A DNA stretch of 64,000 bases from Clostridiales bacterium (GTDB lineage: Bacteria > Bacillota > Clostridia > Christensenellales > UBA3700): positions 35,483 to 99,482 of the forward strand of contig JAAVHS010000003.1 of assembly GCA_014799575.1 (NCBI GenBank). The letters are read 5' to 3'. Position numbers and translations under genes: made by a program. The notes under the pieces are model-generated. The model was not told the origin of the DNA. It made no database searches and was given only the letters and a program-made list of their open reading frames with translations. This document shows, piece by piece, positions 10,124 to 17,717 of the stretch. How positions within the stretch are numbered: the stretch's first letter is position 1; each line of letters opens with the position of its first letter.

Positions 10124-10275
10124 AATGCCGACAGGCTAACCTTTTTAAGTCCGACAAAAATTGAGCGTAGCCGAGATTTTTCGTTTGGTCGGAGATAGGG
10201 CACGAACTCGACCGCAACCATATGCGAGTGTATTTTAATAAATGCACTCGCTCCAACTTAGGTCGTAGTGAGTGC
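10124..10275 (+). repeat. Module A copy 1: structured ~150-nt repeat (candidate ncRNA)
   Basis: It aligns over its full length with the reverse complement of 52360-52509. The first 71 nt have one mismatch. Four identical complementary blocks follow, separated by divergent spacers. Confidence 0.8.
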
Positions 10276-10289
10276 CCAAACGTGCACTA

Positions 10290-10324
10290 AATGCAAATAC
10301 TCTTACACCGCCAAACCCTCAAAC
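10290..10324. repeat. Right arm of the 35-nt imperfect inverted repeat (partner at 9226..9260)
   Basis: See 9226..9260. This arm lies 15 nt downstream of module A (10124-10275). Confidence 0.7.
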
Positions 10325-10358
10325 TATTAAAAAATAACCATTTGAACAAAGCCTGTGG

Positions 10359-10381
10359 CGAGTGCGGAGAGTGATGCAGAT
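10359..10381 (+). repeat. Module C copy 1 (23-nt repeat)
   Basis: CGAGTGCGGAGAGTGATGCAGAT matches 17383-17405 (CGAGTGTGGAGAGTAATGCAGAT) at 21 of 23 positions in the same orientation. Confidence 0.6.
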
Positions 10382-10383
10382 TT

Positions 10384-10447
10384 TGTCTTAGCAAGAGCGA
10401 CCGAGCGGTGAGCGTACTTCCCGTACGTGACCCCGAGTGTCGTATTG
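10384..10447 (+). repeat. Module B copy 1 (long imperfect hairpin repeat)
   Basis: It shares anchors with the reverse complement of 54234-54300: TGTCTTA, the apical hairpin CGTAC-N5-GTACG, and TGACC(C/T)CGA. Both copies fold as long imperfect hairpins. Confidence 0.5.
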
Positions 10448-10495
10448 AAGATCAGGCAAAAGGTGCGTTGCTATACGCAGTCGGTTACTTATTTA

Positions 10496-12121
10496 CTAAT
10501 CTTCATTTCCTGAATAAAACTTACTCTTTCTCGAAATCGGCTTATTCCCTTTACCTTTCGGCGAAGTCTTTTTACCTTGTTTTGCCTTGTCGGCATTCTT
10601 CGGCTTTGCCCCTTTTCCGCCTTTGGTATTCTTGCTTACAAAGTCCTTTTTGCCTTTCTTATCGGCTGGCTTTTTGGACTTGAAATTATTGCTTTCTTTG
10701 GCGATAGGCTTTTCCTCTTCTTTGGCTTCTTGAATAGTCACCGCGCGCTTGCCGAGGACTATGCCTTTGAGTTTGAATAGTTTGCTCTCGCTGCCTTTGA
10801 CTACGGATACGAAACTATACGTATCTCTGATTTTAATATCGGCTATCTCGAAGATTTTCAATGGCGTGTAAGCAAGCAAAAGTTTGGAAAGGCTTTCCTT
10901 GTCCAGCATATCTTTTTTGCCCACGTTGAGGAAAAATCTGCTCTGATTGTCGTGAAAATCTTTTATTTTGTTGGACGAGTCTTTGGGCAACGTAAACGCG
11001 TCGGAAATGCTTCCCAAATCGACGTATTTGAGCGCGTTGTCGCTCACCTTTTGGAAACTCGGTATATATCCCACCTGTGCGCTGTCGATTAGCGTATAGG
11101 CTACGCCGTCTTTTTTCGCCCTTGCCGTCCTACCTATTCTATGCACGTAAAAGTCGCTGTCGGTAGGCGGGTCAAAGTTGATAATGGCGTCCACGCCGTC
11201 CACGTCAAGCCCTCTTGCGGCAACGTCTGTAGCCACCAAAATATTGAGTTGCTTTGCCTTGAATTTCTTTATTATCTGCGTGCGTTCGCTCTGTCTTAAA
11301 TCGCCGTGAATTACCGTCGACAGTCTGCCCTTTGATACGAGCGCTTGATTGAGTCTGTCCGCTCTCACTTTCGTATTGCAAAATGCTATTACGAGGTCGT
11401 ATTTGCCTTCGTCGATTATTTTGAGCATTGCGCCCACTCTCTGAGCGTCTTTGATAATACTGTAATACTGCTCGATTTTGGGAATGTCCTCGCCGTCAAT
11501 GTCGGTCTTGACGAAAGTCGGCTCGACGAACAACTGCGCAATAAGTTTTTTTATATTGTCGGGAATTGTTGCAGAAAAACAAAGCCTTTGGCATTTGCCT
11601 ACGCATGCGCTTATCTTCTCAATATCCCCTCTAAATCCCATATCCAGCATTTCGTCGCCCTCGTCGAGTACGAAATACTTTACGCCGCTGAGTTTGAGCG
11701 TACGTCTTTCGATATGGTCGAGCATTCGACCGGGAGTGCCTACGACAATTTGCGGTTTCTTTCTAAGACAGAAGAGTTGTCTTTGAATATTTTGTCCGCC
11801 GTAAAGTCCCGCGACGCGGATTCTTTCGCAATATTTGAGAAGAGATTGCAATACTTCGCAAATTTGTATGACGAGTTCTCTCGTCGGACAAATTACCACC
11901 GCTTGCACGGAATTGTCGTCTTTGTCTATCTTTCCTAGCATCGGAAGAGAAAAAGCAAGCGTCTTGCCCGTACCCGTAGGCGCTTGCGCGACCAAATCCC
12001 CCTCGCCGAATGCAAGCGGAATAACCTGCCTTTGCACGTCGGTAGGCTGGGTAAGGTTTTGTTCGTCAAGACTTCTGATAAATTCGGGCGCTATGCCAAA
12101 CTCTTCAAATTGATTATCCAT
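10496..12121 (-). CDS. DEAD-box ATP-dependent RNA helicase with a DbpA-type RNA-binding domain and a Lys-rich tail
   Basis: 541 aa with a Q motif, AQAPTGTGKT, PTRELV, DEGDEML (DEAD variant), SAT and HRIGRTAR. A DbpA-like domain (FFLNVGKKD..) is followed by a K/G-rich tail. Confidence 0.9.
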   Translation of the reverse strand: MDNQFEEFGIAPEFIRSLDEQNLTQPTDVQRQVIPLAFGEGDLVAQAPTGTGKTLAFSLPMLGKIDKDDNSVQAVVICPTRELVIQICEVLQSLLKYCERIRVAGLYGGQNIQRQLFCLRKKPQIVVGTPGRMLDHIERRTLKLSGVKYFVLDEGDEMLDMGFRGDIEKISACVGKCQRLCFSATIPDNIKKLIAQLFVEPTFVKTDIDGEDIPKIEQYYSIIKDAQRVGAMLKIIDEGKYDLVIAFCNTKVRADRLNQALVSKGRLSTVIHGDLRQSERTQIIKKFKAKQLNILVATDVAARGLDVDGVDAIINFDPPTDSDFYVHRIGRTARAKKDGVAYTLIDSAQVGYIPSFQKVSDNALKYVDLGSISDAFTLPKDSSNKIKDFHDNQSRFFLNVGKKDMLDKESLSKLLLAYTPLKIFEIADIKIRDTYSFVSVVKGSESKLFKLKGIVLGKRAVTIQEAKEEEKPIAKESNNFKSKKPADKKGKKDFVSKNTKGGKGAKPKNADKAKQGKKTSPKGKGNKPISRKSKFYSGNED

Positions 12122-12142
12122 ATTTTAAGTATACAACAAAAG

Positions 12143-12171
12143 TTGATTTTTTCCAAACAATTAGATATAAT
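12143..12171 (+). promoter_or_regulatory. Sigma-70-type promoter placing +1 at the ATG of the SDR gene (leaderless candidate)
   Basis: TTGATT (12143-12148), a 17-nt spacer, then TATAAT (12166-12171). Only 6 nt separate it from the ATG at 12178, and there is no SD. Confidence 0.5.
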
Positions 12172-12177
12172 AGTTGT

Positions 12178-12909
12178 ATGAAAACGGCAATTATTTCAGG
12201 CGCGTCGCGCGGAATAGGAAAGACAACCGCCCTCTCTTTGGCAAAAGAGGGATATAGAGTTATCGTCAATTATCTCAATTCCAAAGACGCAGCCGAGAGC
12301 ATATGCGAACAAATTAACTCGGCGGGCGGAAGCGCAATCCTCTTCAAGGCAGATATGGGAAATCCTTGCCAAATTGCGGATATGGTAGAGCAAGTCAAGA
12401 AAGATTACGGCTCTATTGATTTGCTTGTCGCCAACGCGGGCATAGGTCACAACGCTTTGCTTATCGACCATAGCGACGACGCCGTCAAAAAAATCATCGA
12501 CGTCAATCTCGTCGGAGTAATTACTCTTTGCCGTGAAGTAGGCAAAGTAATGCTCTCTCAAAAGAGCGGAAATATTATCACTCTATCGTCGATGTGGGGA
12601 CAGGTCGGCGGAAGTTGCGAAAGCGTGTATTCGGCTGCAAAAGGCGGAATTATCGCCTTTACCAAAGCCATTGCCAAGGAGTTTTCTTTGAGCAATATCC
12701 GTGTGAACTGCATTGCCCCCGGCTTTATCGACACAGATATCAACGCCAACCTTTCGCAATCGGATAAACAATCCTTGATTCAAGAAATCCCCCTTTTAAG
12801 GAGCGGAACTACGCAAGACGTCGCCGACGCAATCGTATGGCTCGCAAGCGAAAAAGCCTCTTATATCACGGGTCAAGTGCTTGCCGTCAACGGCGGATTG
12901 ATAATTTGA
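12178..12909 (+). CDS. Short-chain dehydrogenase/reductase, FabG-like 3-oxoacyl reductase family
   Basis: 243 aa with GASRGIG, NAG and the S..YxxxK (YSAAK) catalytic pattern, followed by PGFIDT. Confidence 0.8.
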   Translation: MKTAIISGASRGIGKTTALSLAKEGYRVIVNYLNSKDAAESICEQINSAGGSAILFKADMGNPCQIADMVEQVKKDYGSIDLLVANAGIGHNALLIDHSDDAVKKIIDVNLVGVITLCREVGKVMLSQKSGNIITLSSMWGQVGGSCESVYSAAKGGIIAFTKAIAKEFSLSNIRVNCIAPGFIDTDINANLSQSDKQSLIQEIPLLRSGTTQDVADAIVWLASEKASYITGQVLAVNGGLII

Positions 12910-12974
12910 TTTAACTCGCACCCCTTATCCGTCATATAATATATCGAATAAAACCACGGATAAATGATACATAA

Positions 12975-14204
12975 ATGAAAAGACTGACAAGTTATAAACA
13001 CACTTTCAACTCATGTTGCGTAGGCGCGGCCATTCAGGCTATCCCTGTCAACCTCGCGCCGCTGCTCTTCGTGAGTTTCCAGGAGAGTTTCAATATATCG
13101 TTGACCCAACTGACGGCGCTTATTACCGTCACTTTTTTAGTCCAACTTATTATGGACGCGGGCAGCGCAAAAATTATGGACAAAATAGGATATAGAACCG
13201 CCGTAATCCTGTCGCACGCTTTGGTGACTGTCGGACTTATTCTTATGGCGACTTTACCTTTTGCTCTACCGAGCCCTTACGCAGGAATTATGATAGGTAC
13301 AATTATCGCGTCTATGGGCGGAGGTATCGCCGAAGTCATAATATCGCCCGTCGTCGAGGCTATCCCCGACAAGAGCGTAGGCAATATGTCCATTCTTCAC
13401 TCTTGTTATTGCTTTGGCTACTTAGGCGTAGTGCTTGTTACGGTCTGTTACTTCCTTATTTTCGATAAAAACACGTGGCAGTACCTTATTTTATTCTTTT
13501 CCGTCATTCCCGTTATCAACGGAATCTTCTTCTTATTCGTGCCCTGCACGTCGCTTGACGAACAGCGCGGAGAGAGTATGTCGCTGCTCAATCTGCTAAA
13601 AAGCAAGCGGTTTTATCTCTTCTTTATTTTGATTTTGTGCGCAGGCGCTTGCGAGCAAGCGATGGGTCAATGGGTGTCATACTTTGCCGAAAAGGGTCTC
13701 AATTTATCCAAGACGTTCGGCGACCTTGTCGGTCCGTTTACTTTCGCTTTGCTTATGGGCGCAGGACGATTATTATATGGACTTTTTGGGAAAAACATTC
13801 GACTCAAAACAATACTTCCGATACTTGGATTTGCAACGCTTTTGTGCTTTATTGCCGTCGCGGTAAGCAATCAACCTCTCTTCTCTCTTATCGCTTGCGC
13901 ATTAAGCGGGCTTGCGGTAAGTATCATGTGGCCGTCGGCTTTGGATTTGGCGTCGCGCAATATCTCGAAAGGCGGTACGGCTATGTTTGCGCTTATGGCT
14001 TTGGGCGGCGACGTGGGTTGCACTCTCGGTCCGAGTATCGTCGGTTACGTGTCCGACGTTTCCGATTACGGACTAAAAGGCGGAATGGCTGTCGCAATCA
14101 TATTCGCGGCGACGTATATCGTAGCGTCTTTGGCAATAGGCAACTTGAAAAAGAGCGACAACGCGCAAATTCTCGAAAACCGACTAAACGACAATCTTAA
14201 TTGA
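12975..14204 (+). CDS. MFS transporter
   Basis: 409 aa with ~12 hydrophobic helices arranged in two halves separated by a charged loop. Confidence 0.65.
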   Translation: MKRLTSYKHTFNSCCVGAAIQAIPVNLAPLLFVSFQESFNISLTQLTALITVTFLVQLIMDAGSAKIMDKIGYRTAVILSHALVTVGLILMATLPFALPSPYAGIMIGTIIASMGGGIAEVIISPVVEAIPDKSVGNMSILHSCYCFGYLGVVLVTVCYFLIFDKNTWQYLILFFSVIPVINGIFFLFVPCTSLDEQRGESMSLLNLLKSKRFYLFFILILCAGACEQAMGQWVSYFAEKGLNLSKTFGDLVGPFTFALLMGAGRLLYGLFGKNIRLKTILPILGFATLLCFIAVAVSNQPLFSLIACALSGLAVSIMWPSALDLASRNISKGGTAMFALMALGGDVGCTLGPSIVGYVSDVSDYGLKGGMAVAIIFAATYIVASLAIGNLKKSDNAQILENRLNDNLN

Positions 14205-14289
14205 TAAAACAGTTTGAAAAAAGTATATTTTGTGATATACTTTATTTGAATATAAATTGTAATTGATGTTGCATCTCGGAGGTAATTAT

Positions 14290-14637
14290 ATGGAAAAATA
14301 TACCGCAAAAAGCATAGATTGGGTCAAGACAGGCAAAAAACTCGAATACCTTCGCCGTCACAATATCAATTTGATTAAAAAGGTCTGCGCGTATTGCAGA
14401 AGTCAGGAAGACAACAAAAATTACTGCGTCGGCGGCGAAAAATGCAAGACTTGCACTTTCGATATGGACAATCATATTTCAAGGAACGAACTCGCCAGCG
14501 CCGTAGCCGGCTGGTCGGACTCGCAAGTCGCCAACTGGGAAGACGCGAGATCTATCATATCTATCGAAGACCTTTACGTCTATTGCTCTTTATGCGAATT
14601 GACGCTCGACGATATTATCGTTTGTTCGACAAAATAA
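14290..14637 (+). CDS. XRE-like HTH protein with a Cys-rich insertion
   Basis: I chose the ATG at 14290, after GGAGGT, over the track start at 14263. The HTH-like blocks are GKKLEYLRR and ISRNELASAVAGWSDSQVANWEDARSIISIEDLYVYCSLCELTLDDII. They are split by VCAYCRSQEDNKNYCVGGEKCKTC. Confidence 0.55.
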   Translation: MEKYTAKSIDWVKTGKKLEYLRRHNINLIKKVCAYCRSQEDNKNYCVGGEKCKTCTFDMDNHISRNELASAVAGWSDSQVANWEDARSIISIEDLYVYCSLCELTLDDIIVCSTK

Positions 14638-14724
14638 TCCAAACAACTACAGTTATATAATCCACAAATTTTCTCAAAATTTTACACAATTTATACAAAA
14701 AGTCAATTTGATTAAAAAAAGATA

Positions 14725-14753
14725 TTGACACGCACTTTTTTTTTCTTTATAAT
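14725..14753 (+). promoter_or_regulatory. Sigma-70-type promoter of the 825-aa lipoprotein gene
   Basis: TTGACA (14725-14730), a 17-nt spacer, then TATAAT (14748-14753). A GGAGG RBS precedes the ATG at 14794. Confidence 0.6.
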
Positions 14754-14793
14754 ATAGGTAATAAAATATGAATAACTTAGGAGGTTATCAATT

Positions 14794-17271
14794 ATGAAGA
14801 ACAAAAAAATTGTTGTCTGTTTGTTGATAGCAGTTATGGTTCTCGGCTTTACTCTTACTGCTCTTGTTGGCTGTAGCGGCTACAAGAACATTAAAAGCGA
14901 CAAATTGGAAGACCATTTGGATTTCCTTGCCAAAGCCGTAGAAAATACTGCTGAGAACAAAAATCTCAACAACTTGAAACTCGGCGCAAGCTTGAATATC
15001 GAGACTAATTCCGGTAAATCCAAGAAGAATTATTCGATAGACTTCGGCGCTGCTCTCGCTCTCGCTGAATCCAGCGCAGGCAAGAACCAAGCGACTTTGG
15101 AAATCAAAGACGTCACCGACAAAAAGAATAGTAAGAACATTATTTCCGCTTACTATTTCGAAGAAACCAGTAAAGACGTTTATTTGAGACTGGGCGACGA
15201 TACAAGATTTAAGCTCAACGGCGTTAAAGTCAGAGACGTTTTGAAGAAAAACAACGCTTTCTTGGGCGACACTGCATCCAAAGAAATCGCTGACAGTGTT
15301 GTTGAAGGCGTATCCGACGTTGTAGGTTACTTGAATATGATTGCTCAGTTTGACGGAGCTAAAGTTCAAGTTGCTAGAAACGGTAAAGCTTACCGTCTCT
15401 CCGTAAATCTCGGCAAACTCCTCAACGGTCTTATCAACGATCCGAACGATGAGACTATCAAAACTATGATAGAGACTTATCTCCCTGCTCTTGGTTTGGA
15501 CCTCAAAGCTGAAGATTTGGCTTCCGTTCTCCCTGCTCTTGCGCTCAACATCGATATCAAATTGAGCAGCAAGAAAGACGATGCAGTTATCACCGGTCTT
15601 GCAGCTGATTTGTCTTGCGATAAGGCAAACGTTACTATCAATAAAAAAGATAGCAAGGGCGCTTTGCTTGAACTCGTTATTGCCAACGACCTCAAAGTAA
15701 AGGCTAACCTCGATTTCAAATTCGGCGAAGACGTTACCTTTGGCGAAGACACTTGGGCACAATATCCTGCAGGTATGGGCGCAATCAATTTGTCTGCAAG
15801 CGGAACTTTCGAAATTAAGAATAATATTGAAAACGTTAACATCTTAAATGGCATGTTGGATATTAACATCCCTGCTGACACTTATAATTTGAAGATTGAA
15901 CTTAAGGCTGACCCTGCGAAACTCGTAGATATGGATTTCACGGGAATTCACTGTATGCCTCACGCTGTTTCCGAAGTAATCAACGCATTAGACGTAGCTT
16001 TGGACTTGCTCAATCTTGAAATCACTAAGAAAGACGGTAGCGCATTCTTGCAATTAAAGCTTAAAAAGAAAGCAAGTGCAGATGGAACTGATCACGTTGC
16101 TATTACCGCGCTTAAACTTGACGCTATACTCGGTGAAAATCCTGGCCTCATTGGCATGATTGTTGACAGCCTTGCAAATGAAGAAATGACTCTCCCTGAA
16201 GTTTGGGAAATGATTTTGGGCTTCGGCGTATTTAATCAAAACGACACTAAGGTTGACGAAGGTTACGTATTCGGAGCAGGCACCAATTTTGCAGAAAACA
16301 CGTATGTATACGCAGTTGATACTGCAGCAGGTTACGTAGACGCAAACGGCGACGGCGAGCCTGACAAAGATGAAAACGGCAACTTCGTAGTAAGCAAAGA
16401 CTTTGTACTCGTAAACGGTCGTCCGTCATCCAAGTGGGAGAACGGCTACACGAAAGACTCAGCAGGCAACTGGATTGTTGACGTTGAAAACGGCTTCGTT
16501 GATGAAAAGAACAATGAATCCGGTAAGAAGGGCGAACCTGACGGCATTCCTGACGTAGACAGCAAGGGCAACTTTGTTGTAGGCGACGATTTCGTACTCT
16601 TCCAAGGAACTTTGAAGCGCGAAGAAATCAAAGATGGCAAGACTGTTGTATCTTATCAAAAGATGACGAGAGGACTTCCTTTGGCTAAAGAATATGCAGG
16701 TTACAAGAAGAACGGCACTGACGATAAAGGCAAAACTATTTGGGTTGTTGATACTGAAAACGGTTACGTAAAAGAAAGTGACAAGAAAGAAATTGTTGCA
16801 TTCGATACAAACGGTAACTTCTCCGTTGCAAAAGATTTCAAACTTGTTCCTATCGCAGGTGAATACGAAATGCTTCTCAGACCTGTTAAGGAAGCTGATT
16901 TGACTGACGCGCAAAAAGAATACGTTAAGGCTCAAGAAGAAGCTGCTAATGCTCCTGTGATTCCTGAAGTTGTGACGAATATTATTGACGCGCTCTCTAT
17001 CAAAGTAGGCAATGGCGAAGTTAGCATTGCAGTTGCCGGTTTGTCTTTCAATTACAATGAAGATGCATTCAAGAATGGAGAAGATGAATCTCTCAGATCT
17101 ATTACCTTGGGCGCAACCATCAAATTGAATAAGACCGGTATCGTAATCGAAGGTAACGTCGGCGGTCAACTTAACCAAGTTGAAATCAACGGCGAACCTC
17201 TTGGATTGCCTGAAAAGTTGGGCGTAGTAATTACTATCAACTTCAGCGATATCAAGTACGGCGCACTCTAA
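14794..17271 (+). CDS. Large surface lipoprotein of unknown function with internal ~60-aa repeats
   Basis: 825 aa. The signal peptide has the lipobox ALVGCSG. Three degenerate repeats follow the pattern VD.ENG(F/Y)V..(GEPD)..GNF.V..DF.L. Confidence 0.7.
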   Translation: MKNKKIVVCLLIAVMVLGFTLTALVGCSGYKNIKSDKLEDHLDFLAKAVENTAENKNLNNLKLGASLNIETNSGKSKKNYSIDFGAALALAESSAGKNQATLEIKDVTDKKNSKNIISAYYFEETSKDVYLRLGDDTRFKLNGVKVRDVLKKNNAFLGDTASKEIADSVVEGVSDVVGYLNMIAQFDGAKVQVARNGKAYRLSVNLGKLLNGLINDPNDETIKTMIETYLPALGLDLKAEDLASVLPALALNIDIKLSSKKDDAVITGLAADLSCDKANVTINKKDSKGALLELVIANDLKVKANLDFKFGEDVTFGEDTWAQYPAGMGAINLSASGTFEIKNNIENVNILNGMLDINIPADTYNLKIELKADPAKLVDMDFTGIHCMPHAVSEVINALDVALDLLNLEITKKDGSAFLQLKLKKKASADGTDHVAITALKLDAILGENPGLIGMIVDSLANEEMTLPEVWEMILGFGVFNQNDTKVDEGYVFGAGTNFAENTYVYAVDTAAGYVDANGDGEPDKDENGNFVVSKDFVLVNGRPSSKWENGYTKDSAGNWIVDVENGFVDEKNNESGKKGEPDGIPDVDSKGNFVVGDDFVLFQGTLKREEIKDGKTVVSYQKMTRGLPLAKEYAGYKKNGTDDKGKTIWVVDTENGYVKESDKKEIVAFDTNGNFSVAKDFKLVPIAGEYEMLLRPVKEADLTDAQKEYVKAQEEAANAPVIPEVVTNIIDALSIKVGNGEVSIAVAGLSFNYNEDAFKNGEDESLRSITLGATIKLNKTGIVIEGNVGGQLNQVEINGEPLGLPEKLGVVITINFSDIKYGAL

Positions 17272-17309
17272 TAATGACTGACAATTAAGTAGTCATTTGA
17301 CGAAAAACT

Positions 17310-17340
17310 CAGGGACACAGAAATGTGTCCCTGTTTTATT
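17310..17340 (+). terminator. Rho-independent terminator of the lipoprotein gene
   Basis: CAGGGACACAGAAATGTGTCCCTG followed by TTTTATT. Confidence 0.8.
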
Positions 17341-17382
17341 TCTCTCAACCTTTCATTTTCCATTTTTACACAAATTTTATTA

Positions 17383-17405
17383 CGAGTGTGGAGAGTAATG
17401 CAGAT
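17383..17405 (+). repeat. Module C copy 2
   Basis: It matches 10359-10381 at 21 of 23 positions. Confidence 0.6.
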
Positions 17406-17410
17406 AAAGT

Positions 17411-17444
17411 AAAAAAGTCCAAGTCATTTAAGACTTGGACTTTT
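17411..17444 (-). terminator. Terminator of the tRNA operon (bidirectional hairpin)
   Basis: The stem GTCCAAGTC/GACTTGGAC is flanked by an A-run and a T-run. On the minus strand the hairpin is followed by TTTTTT. Confidence 0.75.
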
Positions 17445-17521
17445 TGGTACCGGTGATCGGAGTCGAACCAATGACCTGTCGGGTATGAACCGACCGCTCT
17501 AACCAACTAAGCTACACCGGC
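17445..17521 (-). tRNA. tRNA with anticodon CAT: elongator Met type, or possibly Ile2
   Basis: The reverse complement is GCCGGTGTAGCTTAGTTGGTTAGAGCGGTCGGTTCATACCCGACAGGTCATTGGTTCGACTCCGATCACCGGTACCA. It forms a cloverleaf with anticodon loop TTCATAC and an encoded CCA. Confidence 0.85.
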
Positions 17522-17526
17522 GGAAA

Positions 17527-17601
<75 letters not shown>

Positions 17602-17620
17602 ATATTCACAATGCTTTACA

Positions 17621-17649
17621 ATAATAATTGAATTTTCAACTTTTGTCAA
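17621..17649 (-). promoter_or_regulatory. Promoter of the tRNA-fMet/tRNA-Met operon
   Basis: On the minus strand: TTGACA (17649-17644), a 17-nt spacer, then TATTAT (17626-17621). It ends ~20 nt upstream of the tRNA 5' end. Confidence 0.6.
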
Positions 17650-17717
17650 GAGTTTTTGACACTTTTATAAAATCTTTTTCCTATCATAATCATAATATGC
17701 AGATGTAAACAAAAAAT

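Noticed and set aside
10384-10447. Resemblance of module B to group II intron domain V
   Set aside because: It lacks the AGC triad, the bulge geometry and the GNRA loop of domain V. No IEP/RT ORF or other intron domains are nearby.
14788-17178. Minus-strand ORFs 14788..15762 and 16459..17178 opposite the 825-aa lipoprotein gene, and similarly 44466..45398 opposite the 479-aa lipoprotein gene
   Set aside because: The sense-strand genes have a promoter, SD, lipobox signal peptide and terminator. The antisense ORFs have none of these.
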